DNA of 64,000 nucleotides. Source: Camelus ferus (Eukaryota). The translations under genes and the position numbers were made by a program. The notes beneath the pieces are model-generated. The model did no database searches. It was not told where the DNA came from and saw nothing but the letters and a program-made list of their open reading frames with translations. This document shows, one piece after another, positions 13,305 through 26,789 of this stretch. Where the stretch lies: contig NC_045696.1 of the NCBI RefSeq assembly GCF_009834535.1, positions 112,842,001 through 112,906,000 of the forward strand, written 5' to 3'. The stretch's first letter is position 1; each line of letters begins with the position of its first letter.

Positions 13305-14030
13305 TGTGTGATTGTTTGTGCTTACAAAGGCCAGGCCCTGTACTAAGTAAGAGGTGGCAAACAGTGGAGAATAAGAAAGAGCCAGACCTGACTCTCATGA
13401 AGTTAACAACAAGTGTAGGAGACAGACTTTAATAAACAGTAACACATTATTCTTTAATTACATCCTGCAGTTACGGGGAATGTTGGCAAAAGAACAGAGT
13501 GCTATGAGAGTGCAGAAACGGAGGGTCAAGCCTACTCTGGTATCGCAGAAAGTTGCTCTAAGAAATTGACATTTAGACAGAGCTCTGAAGGATGTTTACC
13601 CAGTAAAAAATGGAGAAAAGGAGTGCTCCAAACCAAGGAATGGCACGCCCCTGGGGCCTGAGGCTGGGGAGTAAAAGAGCTCCCAAGCAAGCCAAAGCAC
13701 TCTGGGCGAAGAAAGCTCCAGATGAGGTAGACTGTGGAGGTGGGCAGGGGTCAAATCCGACGACCCTCAGTGGGCAGCCAGTGCAGGATTTTAGGCAGAG
13801 AAATGAGGTAAGATTGGCATTTTAGGAACACTGTGGTTGCACAGGGAAGAATGGATTGGTGGAGCCAAGGGCAAGAATAGAAACAAGGAGAGCAATTAGG
13901 ATACTGCTGAAGTCCAGGAAGGGGGTGATGGTGAATTGGACTAGGAGGGACCTGTGGAACCAGGAAGGAGGAGAGGATTTCAGAGATATTTGGGAGATAA
14001 AATCAGTGGAGGCAAATGGCAAATGTTTGG
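13305..14030 (-). mobile_element. LINE-2 fragment
   Basis: 'ccaggccctgtactaag...cctgactctcatgaagtt...gtggagccaagggcaagaatagaaacaaggagagcaattaggatactgc...gagatatttgggagataaaatc' is typical of antisense L2. Confidence 0.7.
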
Positions 14031-14092
14031 TTCTATTGATTCCACTTCCCAAACATATCCCAAATCTACAATAAATATAAACCCTAAATCTT

Positions 14093-14095
<3 letters not shown>

Positions 14096-14143
<48 letters not shown>
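14096..14143. repeat. (GT)~24 microsatellite followed by short (GA)n
   Basis: Direct observation. Confidence 0.97.
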
Positions 14144-14144
<1 letters not shown>

Positions 14145-14479
14145 GGGGAGAGAAAGAGAGAGAGAGAGAACACGTGCGTAAGCATGGAGTTAATGAAGTA
14201 AGTGTTGAGCTTGGCTGTAGCCATGGCCACCAGCCGTGCTGTCAGCCCTAGACTTCATCTCAAGAAGCCTACTGGTCACTAGAGGACTCTGAGGGGGAGA
14301 TGGCTAGACACTGGATGAATAACTCCACCCAACCCTACCATAAACACTGGAAAAACCATTTGCAGCATGTGCTTTACTGACCGTGGTAGTGTCACATTTG
14401 CATAGAAGGAGTAACCAGTATACATAAATACAAATAAACATTCTTAGCTAACAGGATGGAAAATGAAATCCTCTGTATT

Positions 14480-15040
14480 TTTTCTTTTGGTTTTATTGAA
14501 ATATAATTGATATGCGACACTGTGTAAGTTTAAGTTGTACAGCATAATGATTTGGCTTAACACACATCATGAAACGATGATCACAGTAAGTCTAGTGAAC
14601 ATCCATCGTCTCATATAGATAAAAAATTTAAAAAATAGAAAAAACTTCCCTTTATGATGAGCACTTTTATGATTTACTCTCTTAATAATGTTGATATATA
14701 ACCTACAGCAGTGTTAATTATATTTATCATGTTGTATATTTCACACCTAGTACTAATTTATCTTATGACTGGAAGTTTGTACCTGCTGACTGCTCTCCAT
14801 CTAATTCCCTCTCCTCCTACCACTGGCCTCAGGTAACCACAAATCTGCTCCCTTTTTATGAGTTTGTTGTTTGTTTTTGAAGCGTCATTGACCTACAACG
14901 CTCATGTTAGTTCCTATTATACAACATAATGATACGATAAGTCTATTTGCAATATGCGCCATCAAAGATACTACATAATTATTGACTCTGTTCCCCACAT
15001 TGTACATTTCATACCTGTGACTCATTTATTTTGCAACTAG
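14480..15040 (-). mobile_element. L1 3'UTR fragment (L1MA9-type or related lineage)
   Basis: 'ttttattgaaatataattga...tgtacagcataatgatttg...ctggaagtttgtacc...ggtaaccacaaatctg', with a second partially repeated UTR block. Confidence 0.8.
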
Positions 15041-15171
15041 GGCTCATGAAGTACTGTGTTTTATCAAAGATAATATCAACTATGGATTATCAGCTTTCCA
15101 AAAGTGAGCATATAAAACTTGGAATGTCAATGTTCCTGGGACAGAGGAGAACAAAGAGAAACCTATTTCTC

Positions 15172-15352
15172 ACCATGTGACTTTGGAAAAATTACTTTTA
15201 ATTTCCGTGAACATCATTTGTTTCATCAGTCACATGGGGTTAACTCAACCTATTTCATAGAAATACTTTGTTACTTAGATAAGAAAATATATTACATTAG
15301 AAACTATATTAAGGATTCTGGCACATAGTGGGTATAAAAGAAATAGTAGCTA
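15172..15352 (+). mobile_element. MIR SINE
   Basis: 'tgtgactttggaaaaattact...acctatttcatag...ctggcacatagtgg'. Confidence 0.65.
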
Positions 15353-16904
15353 AGACTTTTATCCTGAAAGTCATCACTGTGAATATTAATTATTCCATTA
15401 AAACTTTCCAGGCTGGCTAAGAACTCCAGTTGGCTAAAAGCTAAATCACGTAGCCCTTATCACATGTGAGTTTTCAACCCTGACTCTGGTATTTGGGAAA
15501 TTAAAAACCTGGCTATTTAAGGCCAAGTTTGTGGTACATCATTGTAATCTCTGGTACATCCCCACATTCTACTAAAGAAACCTTAGAATTTTGATTTTCA
15601 TCTTTGCACTTTCAGTCCATGTCCAAAGCTACCTTACATTACAATTTATGGAGCTTGTGTAGTGCTCAAAAAAGTTTCCACCAGAAATTATGCTACTGAA
15701 TGTGTTCGTCTTAAAAGACGTAATAGGTCTGAATGAAAAATTTTCGGAACATATTACTATATCTAAGGTAAAGATCATGTATGTGTATATAATTTACATG
15801 TCACTAGTCTGCTTATATAATCAATATGACAGCTTGTAAGAGTTTAAACCAAATGTATATATTTTATACTTGTTACATGCTTTTTATATATATATAATAT
15901 ATACATCCTTTATATATATAGACACACTTTATATTTATACTTAATAGTACACATTTTCCTATGAAATTATTAAACTAATCTTATGCACTTACTATTCAAT
16001 TATAATTATTTCATGTACTTTATTTGTAGAAATTAAAACAATAATCAAAACATTGGTATTTATATTTTGAAGTTTAATGTTTGATGTCAGATTCAAGTAA
16101 ATACTTTTTTGAAATAGACAAATACAAGAAATTTGTGGATATCCTTTAAAACAAGATTCTTTATTATTATTATTATTATTAAATTATTTCTTCATGCTTT
16201 ACTGTAAAACAGCCATTTCTACTCCTTCGACTATAGATAACAAATGTATAATATAATAAAGAATAATATAATCCAATTTTAAGAAAGGGAAGAAAAAGTA
16301 AATGTGAAGTGATTGTTAACTGAAATACATAAACTTTTATAAAATCATTGGCTAGGTGAGGATTATTCAACAAAATAATAAGCTCATTTTGAATATGTGC
16401 TATTTTCAGAAAGCAGTGAATTTGAGTCTCCCTGTCATGTTTGCAAACACTCTCCTGCACCCTGGTCCACCCAACCCTGGCTGCCTGGGCCTATTTTTCT
16501 CCCAAGTGATCCAGGCCTCACCTCTAAGTCCTCACAGGCATCAAAAATCCCATGTTCTGTTCTCATCGGACTCTGGCCTGGGAGGCAGCGGGTGGCAATG
16601 GTTACTAATCAGGTCGTTATCTTCCTTACAATGTATCAGTCAGCTAACATGTGACCCCCTTCTAGGTGGCAACCTGTCCACTTCTCTTTGGGGAGAATCC
16701 TAAGAAATGAAGCTGATGTCTCTTTCAGACAATGCGGCAATCCAGGGAAAGAAACACTTGGAGCTACGTAGGTAACAATTCAGTTCTAGAGAATATGTTG
16801 CCTTCTTCTGGAATCTGTGTGAGCCTTCATTGTCTTTAGGCTTGAACCTTCCCCCCTGAGCTCAACCTGCATCCGTGCTCTCTTTTTTAGACTTCAGATA
16901 TTAT

Positions 16905-17190
16905 CTTTACAAGAATGATCTGCAAATCTCTATCTCTAGACATAACAATAGTATGTTCCAGTCTCCAATTTCTTACCACGTGCTGAACATTTCCACATAG
17001 GTGTCCTTCTGGCACCTCAAACTCAATATGTCTGAAATACAACCACCCCTCTGCTATTTTCTTATCTTAATTTCTTTATTTTCTATTAATGGTATCTCAA
17101 GTTTTCAGACAGTTAAGCTCAAGATTATACCCTTATCATTGACTCCTCCCATCTCCCTTCTCTCTTCCATAGACATTCAACTGCCAAGTG
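16905..17190 (+). mobile_element. LINE-2 fragment
   Basis: 'caaatctctatctctag...catttccac..ggtgtcc..ggcacctcaaactcaatatgtc'. Confidence 0.7.
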
Positions 17191-17734
17191 TGTTCATGAA
17201 GTCAAATGAGTAGAGGACAGAAACACACCACCTTAATGAACTCTGGGCTGGCCGGATTCCATGTGGTACCTGATTCTAGGTACCTTATTTTAGGTAGAAT
17301 ATTGACAAATGAAAAAGCATCTTCAGAAACTTTATGTTGTGGACATAAGATGGTTGTCACAGAGAAGAGAAACATAAGGCTATGTTCTAGCTTATGAGAT
17401 ACCAAAGTTATCTGGGAGCATAGTCATTGAGATGCAAATGTTCAAAAGAAGTATCTAGAACTGGCTGCAGGATACATGGCCCTTTACCCAGACTGGGAAT
17501 TTAAAAGCATTAGATCATTAAATAAGGATAGAGGAATTGTGAAGCGATTTCTCTGTACTGTCAGGTTAAACCCCCTCCTTCCAATAGTGAGCCTACTACG
17601 TGGTCTTCACCAGCTCTGTGGGAAGAGCTAGCCCTATATGCCATCCCCACATCTAGAGGAAAGAGAGGTGGTGCCTGACTCATCATTTGGGAAGTTACAG
17701 TCCTCTGTGTTCAGGTCAAAATGAAGGTCAAAGG

Positions 17735-18310
17735 CTAGATAAAGAAGTTGTGGTATATTTATACAATGGAATACTACTCAGCCATAAAAAGAATAAAATA
17801 ATGCCATTTGTAGCAACACAGATGGACCTAGAGATCATCATTCTAAGCGAAGTAAGCCAGAAAGAGAAAGAAAAGTACCATGTGATATCACTCATACGTG
17901 GAAGATAAAAAAAAAAAAAAAAACGAGAGAGAGAGGGAAAAAAAGGACACTATGAACTCATCTACAGAAGAGAAACAGACTCACAGACATAGTAAACAAT
18001 CTTACGGTTACCGGGGAAAGAAGGTGGGAAGGGATAAATTTGGGAGTTTGAGAATTACAAATGTGAGCTACTATATATAAAAATAGATTAAAAAACAAGA
18101 AAGTTTTTTTCTGTATAGCACAGGGAACTATGTTCGATATCTTGTGGTAACTTTTAATGAAATAGAATATGAAAATGAATATATGAACTATATGTATGTA
18201 TATGCATGACTGGGACATTGTGCTGTACACCACAAATTGACACATTGTAACTGATTGTACTTCAATTAGAAAAAAATATGTATCAAAAAAGGGGAGGGGA
18301 GAAGGAAAAG
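17735..18310 (+). mobile_element. 5'-truncated young LINE-1 3' end
   Basis: ORF2 end ([31 protein letters not shown]), 3'UTR and tail; perfect 17-bp TSD AAAATGAAGGTCAAAGG at 17718-17734 and 18311-18327. Confidence 0.96.
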
Positions 18311-18520
18311 AAAATGAAGGTCAAAGGTATAAACAACTGAAAATGACAATATAGTAAAAGATATTCTGCCCAAAGGGGTGGACTGTCAGGATGAGGGTCC
18401 CCAGTAGTAAAAGTCAATGGCATGTACCACCAGGGGCTATAGTTGAAAGGGGGTTACCTGAATTAAAGGAATTGCATTAATTAGCTGCATTAAGGGAACA
18501 GCAGAGGAATCTCTACATCC

Positions 18521-18680
18521 TTGATACTCAAAGTATGGTCCATGGTCTTGCACCATCTGCATCACCTAGAAGCTTATCAGAAATGCAGAATCTCAGTTGT
18601 CACCCTAGGCTTACTGACTCAGAATCTTCATTTTAAAGACATTCCCATGGGATTCCTGTGCACCTTCAACTTGGAGACTT
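18521..18680 (+). mobile_element. MER5A-family MITE
   Basis: 'actcaaagtatggtcc...gcatcacctagaagcttatcagaaatgcagaatctcag...tactgactcagaatct..catttta'. Confidence 0.8.
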
Positions 18681-19869
18681 AGGAGCCTGTGCAGGGTGGT
18701 ATCAGCTGAGTAAGAACTTTCCTGATCCCCTTAAGTTTTCTTCCTCTCCCTGCTTCAAGCTCCATGTTTGGAAACAGCAGTTACAGAACAGGGGAGATGC
18801 ACAGTAGAGTGGAAAAACCTGGCACTCACAGGCAGGAGGCAGGAGGGTGGAGGGCAGGAAGACTTACTTCCAATGCAAAGTGAAGGATCAATGAACAGAT
18901 TTGATTGGACTCTTCAATAAAATAACAAGATTGTGCCTGGATTTACAGCTTAACCTGACTAGAGAGTATCATATGTTCTGAGATTGACTGAAAATGTCAT
19001 GGGGGGATGGAAGATCATCTCTGGAGCAGGCTTGAAAGGAGATGGGAGACAAAGGGGAAGTTCTGGGGAGACTGAGTCTGGGAGTTTCTGGTTACCATTC
19101 CACACTGGTGACCCAATATTTAGATGATTATCATGTAAAAAAAGCACTGAACACTGGCCAAGTGGTAGACATCACTCAGAGAGACTTTGCTTAGCAGACT
19201 ACAAGAATCTTCCATAATCTAACAATTTCTAACCAGAGAAGAGATGCGCATTGTCATACTCCTGAAATGGCTCATCCAGAGGCAAAAAAACACCGTCTGG
19301 CCTGGAATGTTATACTGGTACTTCCTCCTTCGGGTGGGAGATAAAGTTGACGTTGACGCCTAGGGTCAATAATTTGTGCGTAATACACTCATGCCTTCAG
19401 GAATTAGTAAATAATGTCTGTGGGATGGTCTGCCTCTGTGCCAGTGACCAAAACTATTACAGAGGCTTCTTGGCTTTTTATGTCTCTGGCTTTTTCCATT
19501 TTCCCATCTCCTCCCTTGATGTCAGCTTGTCAGCTATTAGATCCCGCTTGCTTCCCACTCATTCTTGTCTTGCTGTTTCTAATTGTCTGGGGGCTGCAGA
19601 ACCATATGCCCAGCTTGTGAGAATTGTGTACAAAGTAAACCAGCTCTGCAGGGGAGGCCCCCCTCCCTTTTTTTTTTTTTTTTAACAAATAGAGGATTTG
19701 TGTCATCTCCCTGGTCACTCAGGGGTCTTCTCTGCTTGTCTACAGCTTCTAATGAACTTGTTCAATTGGCAGAGCAGGTCGTCAGGGAAGGCAGCTGACT
19801 GCCGCCTGCACATTCAGCAAACCCTGGGAGACATGCTCATTTAAGTGACTCTAGGCATCCTTGCCATGC

Positions 19870-20060
19870 AGGTAGTTTAAGATGTGAATCACAGATCTTT
19901 GGGTGCAAATTCAGATATTCCACTCTGTCACTGATAATCACAAAGGAGACCTTTAATCCCCAGGACTTTTCGTCTCTAAAACAGAGGTAATAATACTTAC
20001 TTAATAGGGTTGTGGGAACTAAATGAACCGATGTCTGTGGTTTACCTGGCATGTTTAGGG
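19870..20060 (+). mobile_element. MIR SINE
   Basis: 'ctaaaacagaggtaataatacttacttaatagggttgtgggaactaaatga' MIR core. Confidence 0.65.
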
Positions 20061-20329
20061 ACCCAGTCATTTTCAGTTCTCTCTCCCTACTCAATTTTAC
20101 CTTTTCTTCAGTTCTTGGCACTGCAATGCATGTGAGCTATACATACACCAAAGTACCTGTACGGGGATGCAAAACTACAGCATGTGAACAGAAGTTCAAA
20201 GACCTGGAGACATTTGCTCCAACTAAGTAAAGACTCAGCAAAGAACTGTTGTCTCCAAAAGCTTTGAAGGTGAGGCTGGTGGCAGAGAGAAAAGGATTTC
20301 CTCCTTTGATTTTTGGATTCTACTCTAAG

Positions 20330-21020
20330 TTGTCCATCCCCACAACTACTGATTCAGGGAAGATAATCATGTCTCTTACCTGGGCCACAGCTGCCACCTC
20401 CACACTGGTCCCCCTGGCTCTGCCTCCCATCCACTCTCTACACTACATCCAGAATGACCTCTTAAAAACATCCAGCTGGCTGTGTTTTCCCTCTGTTTAA
20501 AATTCGTCAGGCCCCCTTGACCAAAGCCAAGCTCCCTGGGACTCACAGGCATCCCTGTCTATGATTTGGTCTCATTTTCCAATGTTCCATGGGTTCCCTG
20601 CCACCTGCCGTGTAACCCCCACTTACACATCCTCACGTGTACCAAAACCAAACCATGTGAATGTCCTTAGAGATGTTTATATGCCTCACTATTTTCATGT
20701 CTGTCTGCCTGGGACACCCTCCAACTCGCCCGTGGGGTGAAACACTGAAAATCAAATCATCTTCTTGGAGAAGCCTTCCTGTTCTGTCCTCTGCCCCACC
20801 TTCCACCCACAGGATGATTCACTCCTCTGTCCTGCCTCTACATCTGTACTGGCAAGAGTGTGTCATATTTATCCATTTACCTGTGAGTCTCTTCTCCGAT
20901 TGTAAGCTTCCTCACCACACACTCAATTTTCTCCACTTCCGGTACAGGTGGTGGGCGGGATGGGGGTGTCACACGTCAGCATCATAGCACTGAATGCCCT
21001 GAGCACAGGCAGAGCTTGCC
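20330..21020 (+). mobile_element. LINE-2 3' fragment
   Basis: Pyrimidine-rich L2 motifs 'atcatgtctcttacctgg', 'catcttcttggagaagccttcc', 'gattgtaagcttcct', 'cctgagcacagg'. Confidence 0.65.
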
Positions 21021-21192
21021 AGCACGAGGCTCTGCAGTAAATGCAACCATCCAGGTGCTCCCACCTTGAGGAGTCACTACATTCCAGGTATGAGGGTATC
21101 TTTTTTTGATACAATAATTTATAAAACCGAGCTCTATGTTCCTTTGTTTTGGAAATGCTACCAATAAAGTGGAAGGATGAGGCCAGAAGAGA

Positions 21193-21332
21193 GCTTCTCA
21201 ACTTTAATATAGACGAGAGTCACCTAGGAAATCTTGTTAAAATATGGATTCTCATTCAGCAGGTCTGCGGTGGGGCCTGAGCTTCTGCATGTCTAACAAG
21301 CTCCCAGTGAGGCTGATGCTATGGGTCCATGG
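21193..21332 (-). mobile_element. MER5A-family MITE
   Basis: 'gagtcacctagg...cttgttaaaat..ggattctcattcagcaggtctg.ggtggggcctgag.ttctgcat.tctaacaagctcccagtga'. Confidence 0.85.
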
Positions 21333-21461
21333 GGTTGGGTTTAGGATAAAACTGAGGCAGAAAAACTAAAAGTCATTGTTTTAAAAATCCAAACAAAAAA
21401 TAAATCAGCCAAATTATGAGATCCACGATAGAGAAATGGAAACTGCTTTCTAAAACTGGTG

Positions 21462-22639
21462 ATTTTTAATTGAAGTATAGTCGGTTTACAACATTGTGTT
21501 AATTTCTGGTGTACAGCATAGTGATTCAGTTATATATACATATATATTCCTTTGCATATTCTTTTTCATTATAGGCTACTACAAGGTATTGAATATAGTT
21601 CCCTGTGCTGTACAGTAGAACCTTGTTGTTTATCTATTTTAGATATAGTAGCTAATATCTGCAAATCCCAAACTCTCAATTTATCTCTCCATCCCTCCTG
21701 CCCTCCTTGGTAACCATAAATTTGTTTTCCATATCTGTGAGTCTGTTTCTATTTTGTAAATAAGTTCCTTTGTGTTTTTTTTTTTAAGATTCCACATATG
21801 AGTGATATCATATAATATTTTTCTTTCTCTTTCTGGCTTACTTCACTTAGAATGACAATCTCCAGGTCCATCCATATTGCTGAAAATGGCATTGTCTCAT
21901 TCTTTTTTATGGCTGAGTAGTATTCCATTGTATACATATACCACAACTTCTTTATCCCATCATCTGTCATTGGGCATTTAGGAGGTTTCCATGTCTTGGC
22001 TATTGGAAATAGTGCTGCTATGAACATTGGGTGTATGCATCTTTTCAAATTAGAGTTCCCTCTGGGAATGCCAGGAGTGGGATTGCTGGATCATATGGTA
22101 AGTTTATTTTTAGCTTTTTAAGGAATCTCTATACTGTTTTCCATAAATGCTGCACCAAACTGCTTTCCCACCAACAGTTTAGAAGGATTCCCCATTCTCC
22201 AACATTTATCATTTGTGGATTTTTTACTGATGGCCACACTGACTGGTGTGAGGTGATACCTCATTGTACTTTTGATTTGCATTTCTCTGATAATTAATGA
22301 TATTGAGCATTTTTTCATGTGTCTATTGGCCATTTGTCTTCATTGGAGAAATGTTTGTTTAGGTCTTCTGCCCGTTTTTGGATTTGGTTGTTTTGTTGTT
22401 GTTGTTGTTGTTATTGAGTTGCATGAGCTGTTTGTATATTCTGGAAATTAAGCCCTTGTCAGTCACATCTCTTGCAAATATTTTCTCGCAGGTTGTCTTT
22501 TCATTTTGTTTATAGTTTTCTTTGCTGTGCAAAAGCTTATATGTTTAATTATGTCCCATTTGTTTGTTTTTGCTTTTATTTCTATCACCTGGGTAGACTG
22601 CCCTAGGAGAACACTAATAAGATTTATGTCAGAGAATGT
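21462..22639 (-). mobile_element. 5'-truncated LINE-1 (ORF2 C-terminus plus 3'UTR) with frameshifts
   Basis: Minus-strand ORFs [50 protein letters not shown] and PMFIAALF...[20 protein letters not shown]. Confidence 0.95.
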
Positions 22640-24441
22640 CAAAGATGATATTTTAATGCAATATTTCAGAAATCCAAATATTGAGTGAGGCAGGAAATTT
22701 AAAATATGTATATCATCTGTAAGCTTGTTTAAAAGCTCCTTTGATTGGCTGGTTGCAATAATGTTTTTCAAGGAGCTGGGAGACTATTGTAGAGGTGGAA
22801 GTTCAAAGAGACAAAAAGCTGGAGAAAATAAATTACTAAACAATAATTTCCAACTGTTAAACTGAAAGCTTTCGATTTGACTAGAAAAGAAGTTAAGTGA
22901 ATTACTTGTTTTTTAAAAAGAAATAGTACTACCTCTCCTCCAGAGGTTTCTATGGTTTCATTTAATACTTTTGCTATTAATAAACCCACAGAAATGGATT
23001 TTGAAACATAATGGACATTAATTAGGAAGAGAGTTACAAAAGGTTTAAATAGTTTAAAACTGAAAAACTGCTTTATGCTTCTTGGGTCAATGACTCATAA
23101 ACAGAAAAGCTGTGCAAAATATTATTCATTCTTGTTGCCAGGTATTTAAGTGACAAAGAAGCATTTCCAGATCTTCTGTCTTGGAAAATTCTTGGCCAGG
23201 TATGCAGAGATTGAGAGTGTATAACTTACTAGGTTGGAACGACAGTGGGGTTAATAAAACCACTCAGAGGGCAAGAGTCTATGTGACTTTCATCAACTGC
23301 ATTTCTGGTAATGAACTCCCATAGTAAACATCTCTCATGTGGAACCAGGGCTGACATAAAGACATAAAGTAACACAGAGGCACGAAGGGTATCATTTGTG
23401 ATGTCTTTATATGGATGTGAGGATGCCCTGAAATGCCCAAGGAACAATGTAAACACTTTACGGGAAAATGCCACTGGCTGTTCCCTCCCATCAGCAGCAG
23501 ATGTGAATGTCTTCATCAAAAGAGACGTACTTTGGACATTGTTGTGAAAGCTGAGAGTTTGTAAAAGACATGACTATTGTTCTGTTCTTACACAGATCAA
23601 CCGATCCTACCACCACATCTGTACTCCAGGAGGAAGGTCTTCGTTTACTCACCAGAGTCCTGTATGTTTTCTCACGATGGTCTGTTGACATCCCCAGACA
23701 CGTTCACTACTGGATTCCAAAGCAAAATCCCTCCGTCCTGAGCTGAGCTATATTCTATATGCCCATAATGACTCCTGTCATGACAATGCCAAGTATGATT
23801 CTGTTCCAAACTTCTGTCATCTGTTTTGGAAGTCCTTCCAAATCCAGGGCCAGGAAACAATGATTATTTCTAAAGAGACTGAATTTACTTAATAGCGCCT
23901 TGACAGATGGAAAACCCAAGAGCATTCACACAAGACCACAAGAGACGTGAGCTGCAGCTATCACCAAACACATAGATGTTAGGAAAAGAAAAAAAATGTT
24001 TCTTTCGCAATACAAATGCAAACAAATCGCCTTGATCTTTCGCTATCATCTAAGTCAAGAAACTAGAACATCTTTCCTCCAAGACCTGCTCCCAAGGGAA
24101 CAGTTTATTGAAATTGAGAAAATAGGATCCTTGTTCCTGCTGCCTAAAGTGTTATGCTTACACGTGTCATACTTTTTCCATTAGAAAACCTTGGTACATT
24201 TTACTCTTTGGAAACAATCTTTTTCATTGTTTTGTTTTGTTTTTTTCACTTTCCAGCACAAGAGATGAGCACAAGTCTTTGTCACTCCTCAGAATAAGTG
24301 CTGGTGTAAAAGCTCATTAGCTTAGTTAGCTAGAGCCAACTGACGTGGTCAGCACCATGGATTCAGCCCTGGGAGAGACAAAGAAAACTTATGTTCAGCC
24401 TTTGTAATCTGAACCCTTTGGTCAAATCTGAATAGGCAAAC

Positions 24442-24596
24442 CTGTTGTTCTCAAACTTCTGTACATAGGAATCAGTAGGACTCTTCCCAAAGTTGCATTG
24501 AGTCAGACGACAGTGGCCGGATGAATCTGTTTTGTAACCAGCACCCCACGTGGTGCTAATGCAGATATTCTAGGACTTTGCTTTGGAAAATTCTGC
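24442..24596. mobile_element. MER5-like MITE remnant
   Basis: 'gttctcaaactt...gaatca...gaatctgttttgtaaccagcacccca.gtggtgctaatgca...ctttggaaaa'. Confidence 0.5.
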
Positions 24597-24646
24597 AAAG
24601 CCACTGGTCTGTCCAAAATGACATGTGTTGGGAACAGAAATGACTA

Positions 24647-24782
24647 GGGGAAGGAGGGAGGGTAGAGTGCATACCTAGCATGCACAAGCGCGTGGGTTTA
24701 ATCCCTCGTAACTCCATTAAAAATAAATAAATAAACCCAATTACCTCCCCCTGCCAAAAAAAAGAAAAAAGGAAAAAAGAAA
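24647..24782 (+). mobile_element. tRNA-derived SINE (camelid vic-1-like) with degraded A box
   Basis: 'ggtagagtgcatacctagcatgcacaag..cgtgggtttaatccc...ccattaaaaataaataaataaacccaattacctcccc'; TSD AGAAATGACT at 24636-24645 and 24783-24792. Confidence 0.85.
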
Positions 24783-25659
24783 AGAAATGACTGGGTGACA
24801 AGGAGAGTAAACGCAGCTCATTGCAAAGCCATGGTCCCCACTGAACAAAAAGTTTAAAAAATGATCACCTTGGAAAACAAACAACATATAGGACAGATCA
24901 GGGGGAAGACCGCTCTTACTGATTTACATCAAATTGTACCAGCTTAGGAATGAATAATACATTCCTTAATACACCTTTTTTTTTTTTTTTTTTACCCAGT
25001 TCTTTGTCTTAAAGACTTTCCCAGTTAGAGAACCCACAGAGAGCTGCCAGTTTTGCTGAGAATTACAGCAGTTGGTTTAAGCGTTACACATCAAGAGTTC
25101 CAGGAACTGCTGGACTGGAGGCATAAATAGAAAGCAGCAACAGAAGCAATCTATCATAAGCGTTAAAGCAAAGTATTTTAAACAGAGTATTATCTTGGCG
25201 TGGGGAAGAGTGGGCGGTGGGTGCAGAATCAGAGACTCGCTCTGCTGACTTTTATCATAGCTGCAACAATCAAAGGAAATGTCTGGATTTCCGGATGTTC
25301 CTCAGAAATGCGTGTCTCAGTGAATTGAGAAAGGTGCCTCTTGACTTGTTGCGTACAACCTGGCTTTTCTGTCTGCTATTTAATCAGTGCAGCTTCATTT
25401 TTTTTTTTTTTAAGAATAAAATTTAGCAATGTTTATCATTTCCAGGAGGAGTGGTGGCTTACTGGTGGAGGACAGGAGTCAGGTCAGGATGAGGGAGAGA
25501 GGGAGGAGGGCGCGGGGTTGCAGGTGAGGCTGTGGCAAGTACAAGTCAGAAGAGAGAAGGCAGTGAAGTGCTCCGTTTCCACCTGAGGCTCCCTAAGACG
25601 ATTGGAGGTGGGAGTGGTAGGGAGAAAGGTGTTAGAATGGGAGATATCGGGTCTTTTTA

Positions 25660-26040
25660 TGGACATCTTAGGATGAGTTCCCCACAAAACATGCCCTAAG
25701 GCAAGGAGGTGGCAGAAGAGTTGATTCAGCAGGTGACCACAGGTCACCACTACAGAGGACAGGTGACCAGTCCTTTGGGGAACTCTGACTAATTGTGTAG
25801 TATCAGCACCGTCCTAACTGAGGAGGCAGCCATGGGGTTGTGTTCCCACCAACTTGCCTCAGTCATCAGCTGAGGGTGGCTCCCAGAAAGTGTTACCAAC
25901 CTGCATTTCTAGTCGGCCTTGCTCACTGATTGGGCAGATTCTCATGGCAGAGGGAAAGAATCTTAGGAACACTGTCACTGGAGTGCCCAGAAATGTGGGA
26001 GCTGAGACCACATGGATGGGGCACCAAGATATAGCTGGAT
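25660..26040 (-). mobile_element. Ancient ERVL LTR remnant (LTR16-like)
   Basis: 'catcttaggatgagttcccc...ccctaaggcaagga...caggtgaccacagg...gagggtggctccc...ggatggggcacc'. Confidence 0.55.
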
Positions 26041-26789
26041 TGTAAGTGAGTTAAAGGTTGAAATAGCCAGAGAGGATATTCTATGCGCACAGAAAGGATC
26101 AATGATGCCTTCTGTAGAGAGTAAGTGTTCAACTTAATATATTTTTTTCTTCTTTTTTCTATGTTACAAATATACTTTCTGTGGTTAATTTGTCCCCCTG
26201 GTTTTCTCCTTGGAAAAATTCTGTAGCCAACTATATAATTTTAATGTGGTATAAAATATTATAAAATAATACAAACATAATGTAATATTTTATTAACTAT
26301 TGCTGTGGGGGAAAAAGAAAGCCACATTATTTTGTTGTTCGACGAACATAGCTCCTTCACTACCACCATTTAAAAAAATATGCTGACAATAGTAATCTTT
26401 AATAACAAGTTAAATTGTTATTTAATAACAAGTTTTATTAAAAAAGTAGCTAAGGGCATGCTCTGGGTAGTTTCCTAGTAGAGAGGCATTGCTGCTTCCT
26501 GGAAGGGCTGCCTTCGTTGTCATTCTCAAACATTGTTTCTTCCATATTAGCTTTGTCACTTTAGCCCAGGAAATGTTATTTTAGCTCCTTCCTTCTTTTC
26601 TTTCTTCCGTAATTTATTTTAGTTGTTTTTACTTGCTTTTAGGTTGAAGGAGTTGGGGAACTGAAAATTATCTGTGAGTTTCTCTGGTTTCTGGTTTTAA
26701 TCTGGGTTTGGAAGGGAGATACCATTCCTGACTTCCAGCCTTTCCCACTGGCCTCCTCCTGACTGTGGATGGGCTGTCCGACTGCTGTC

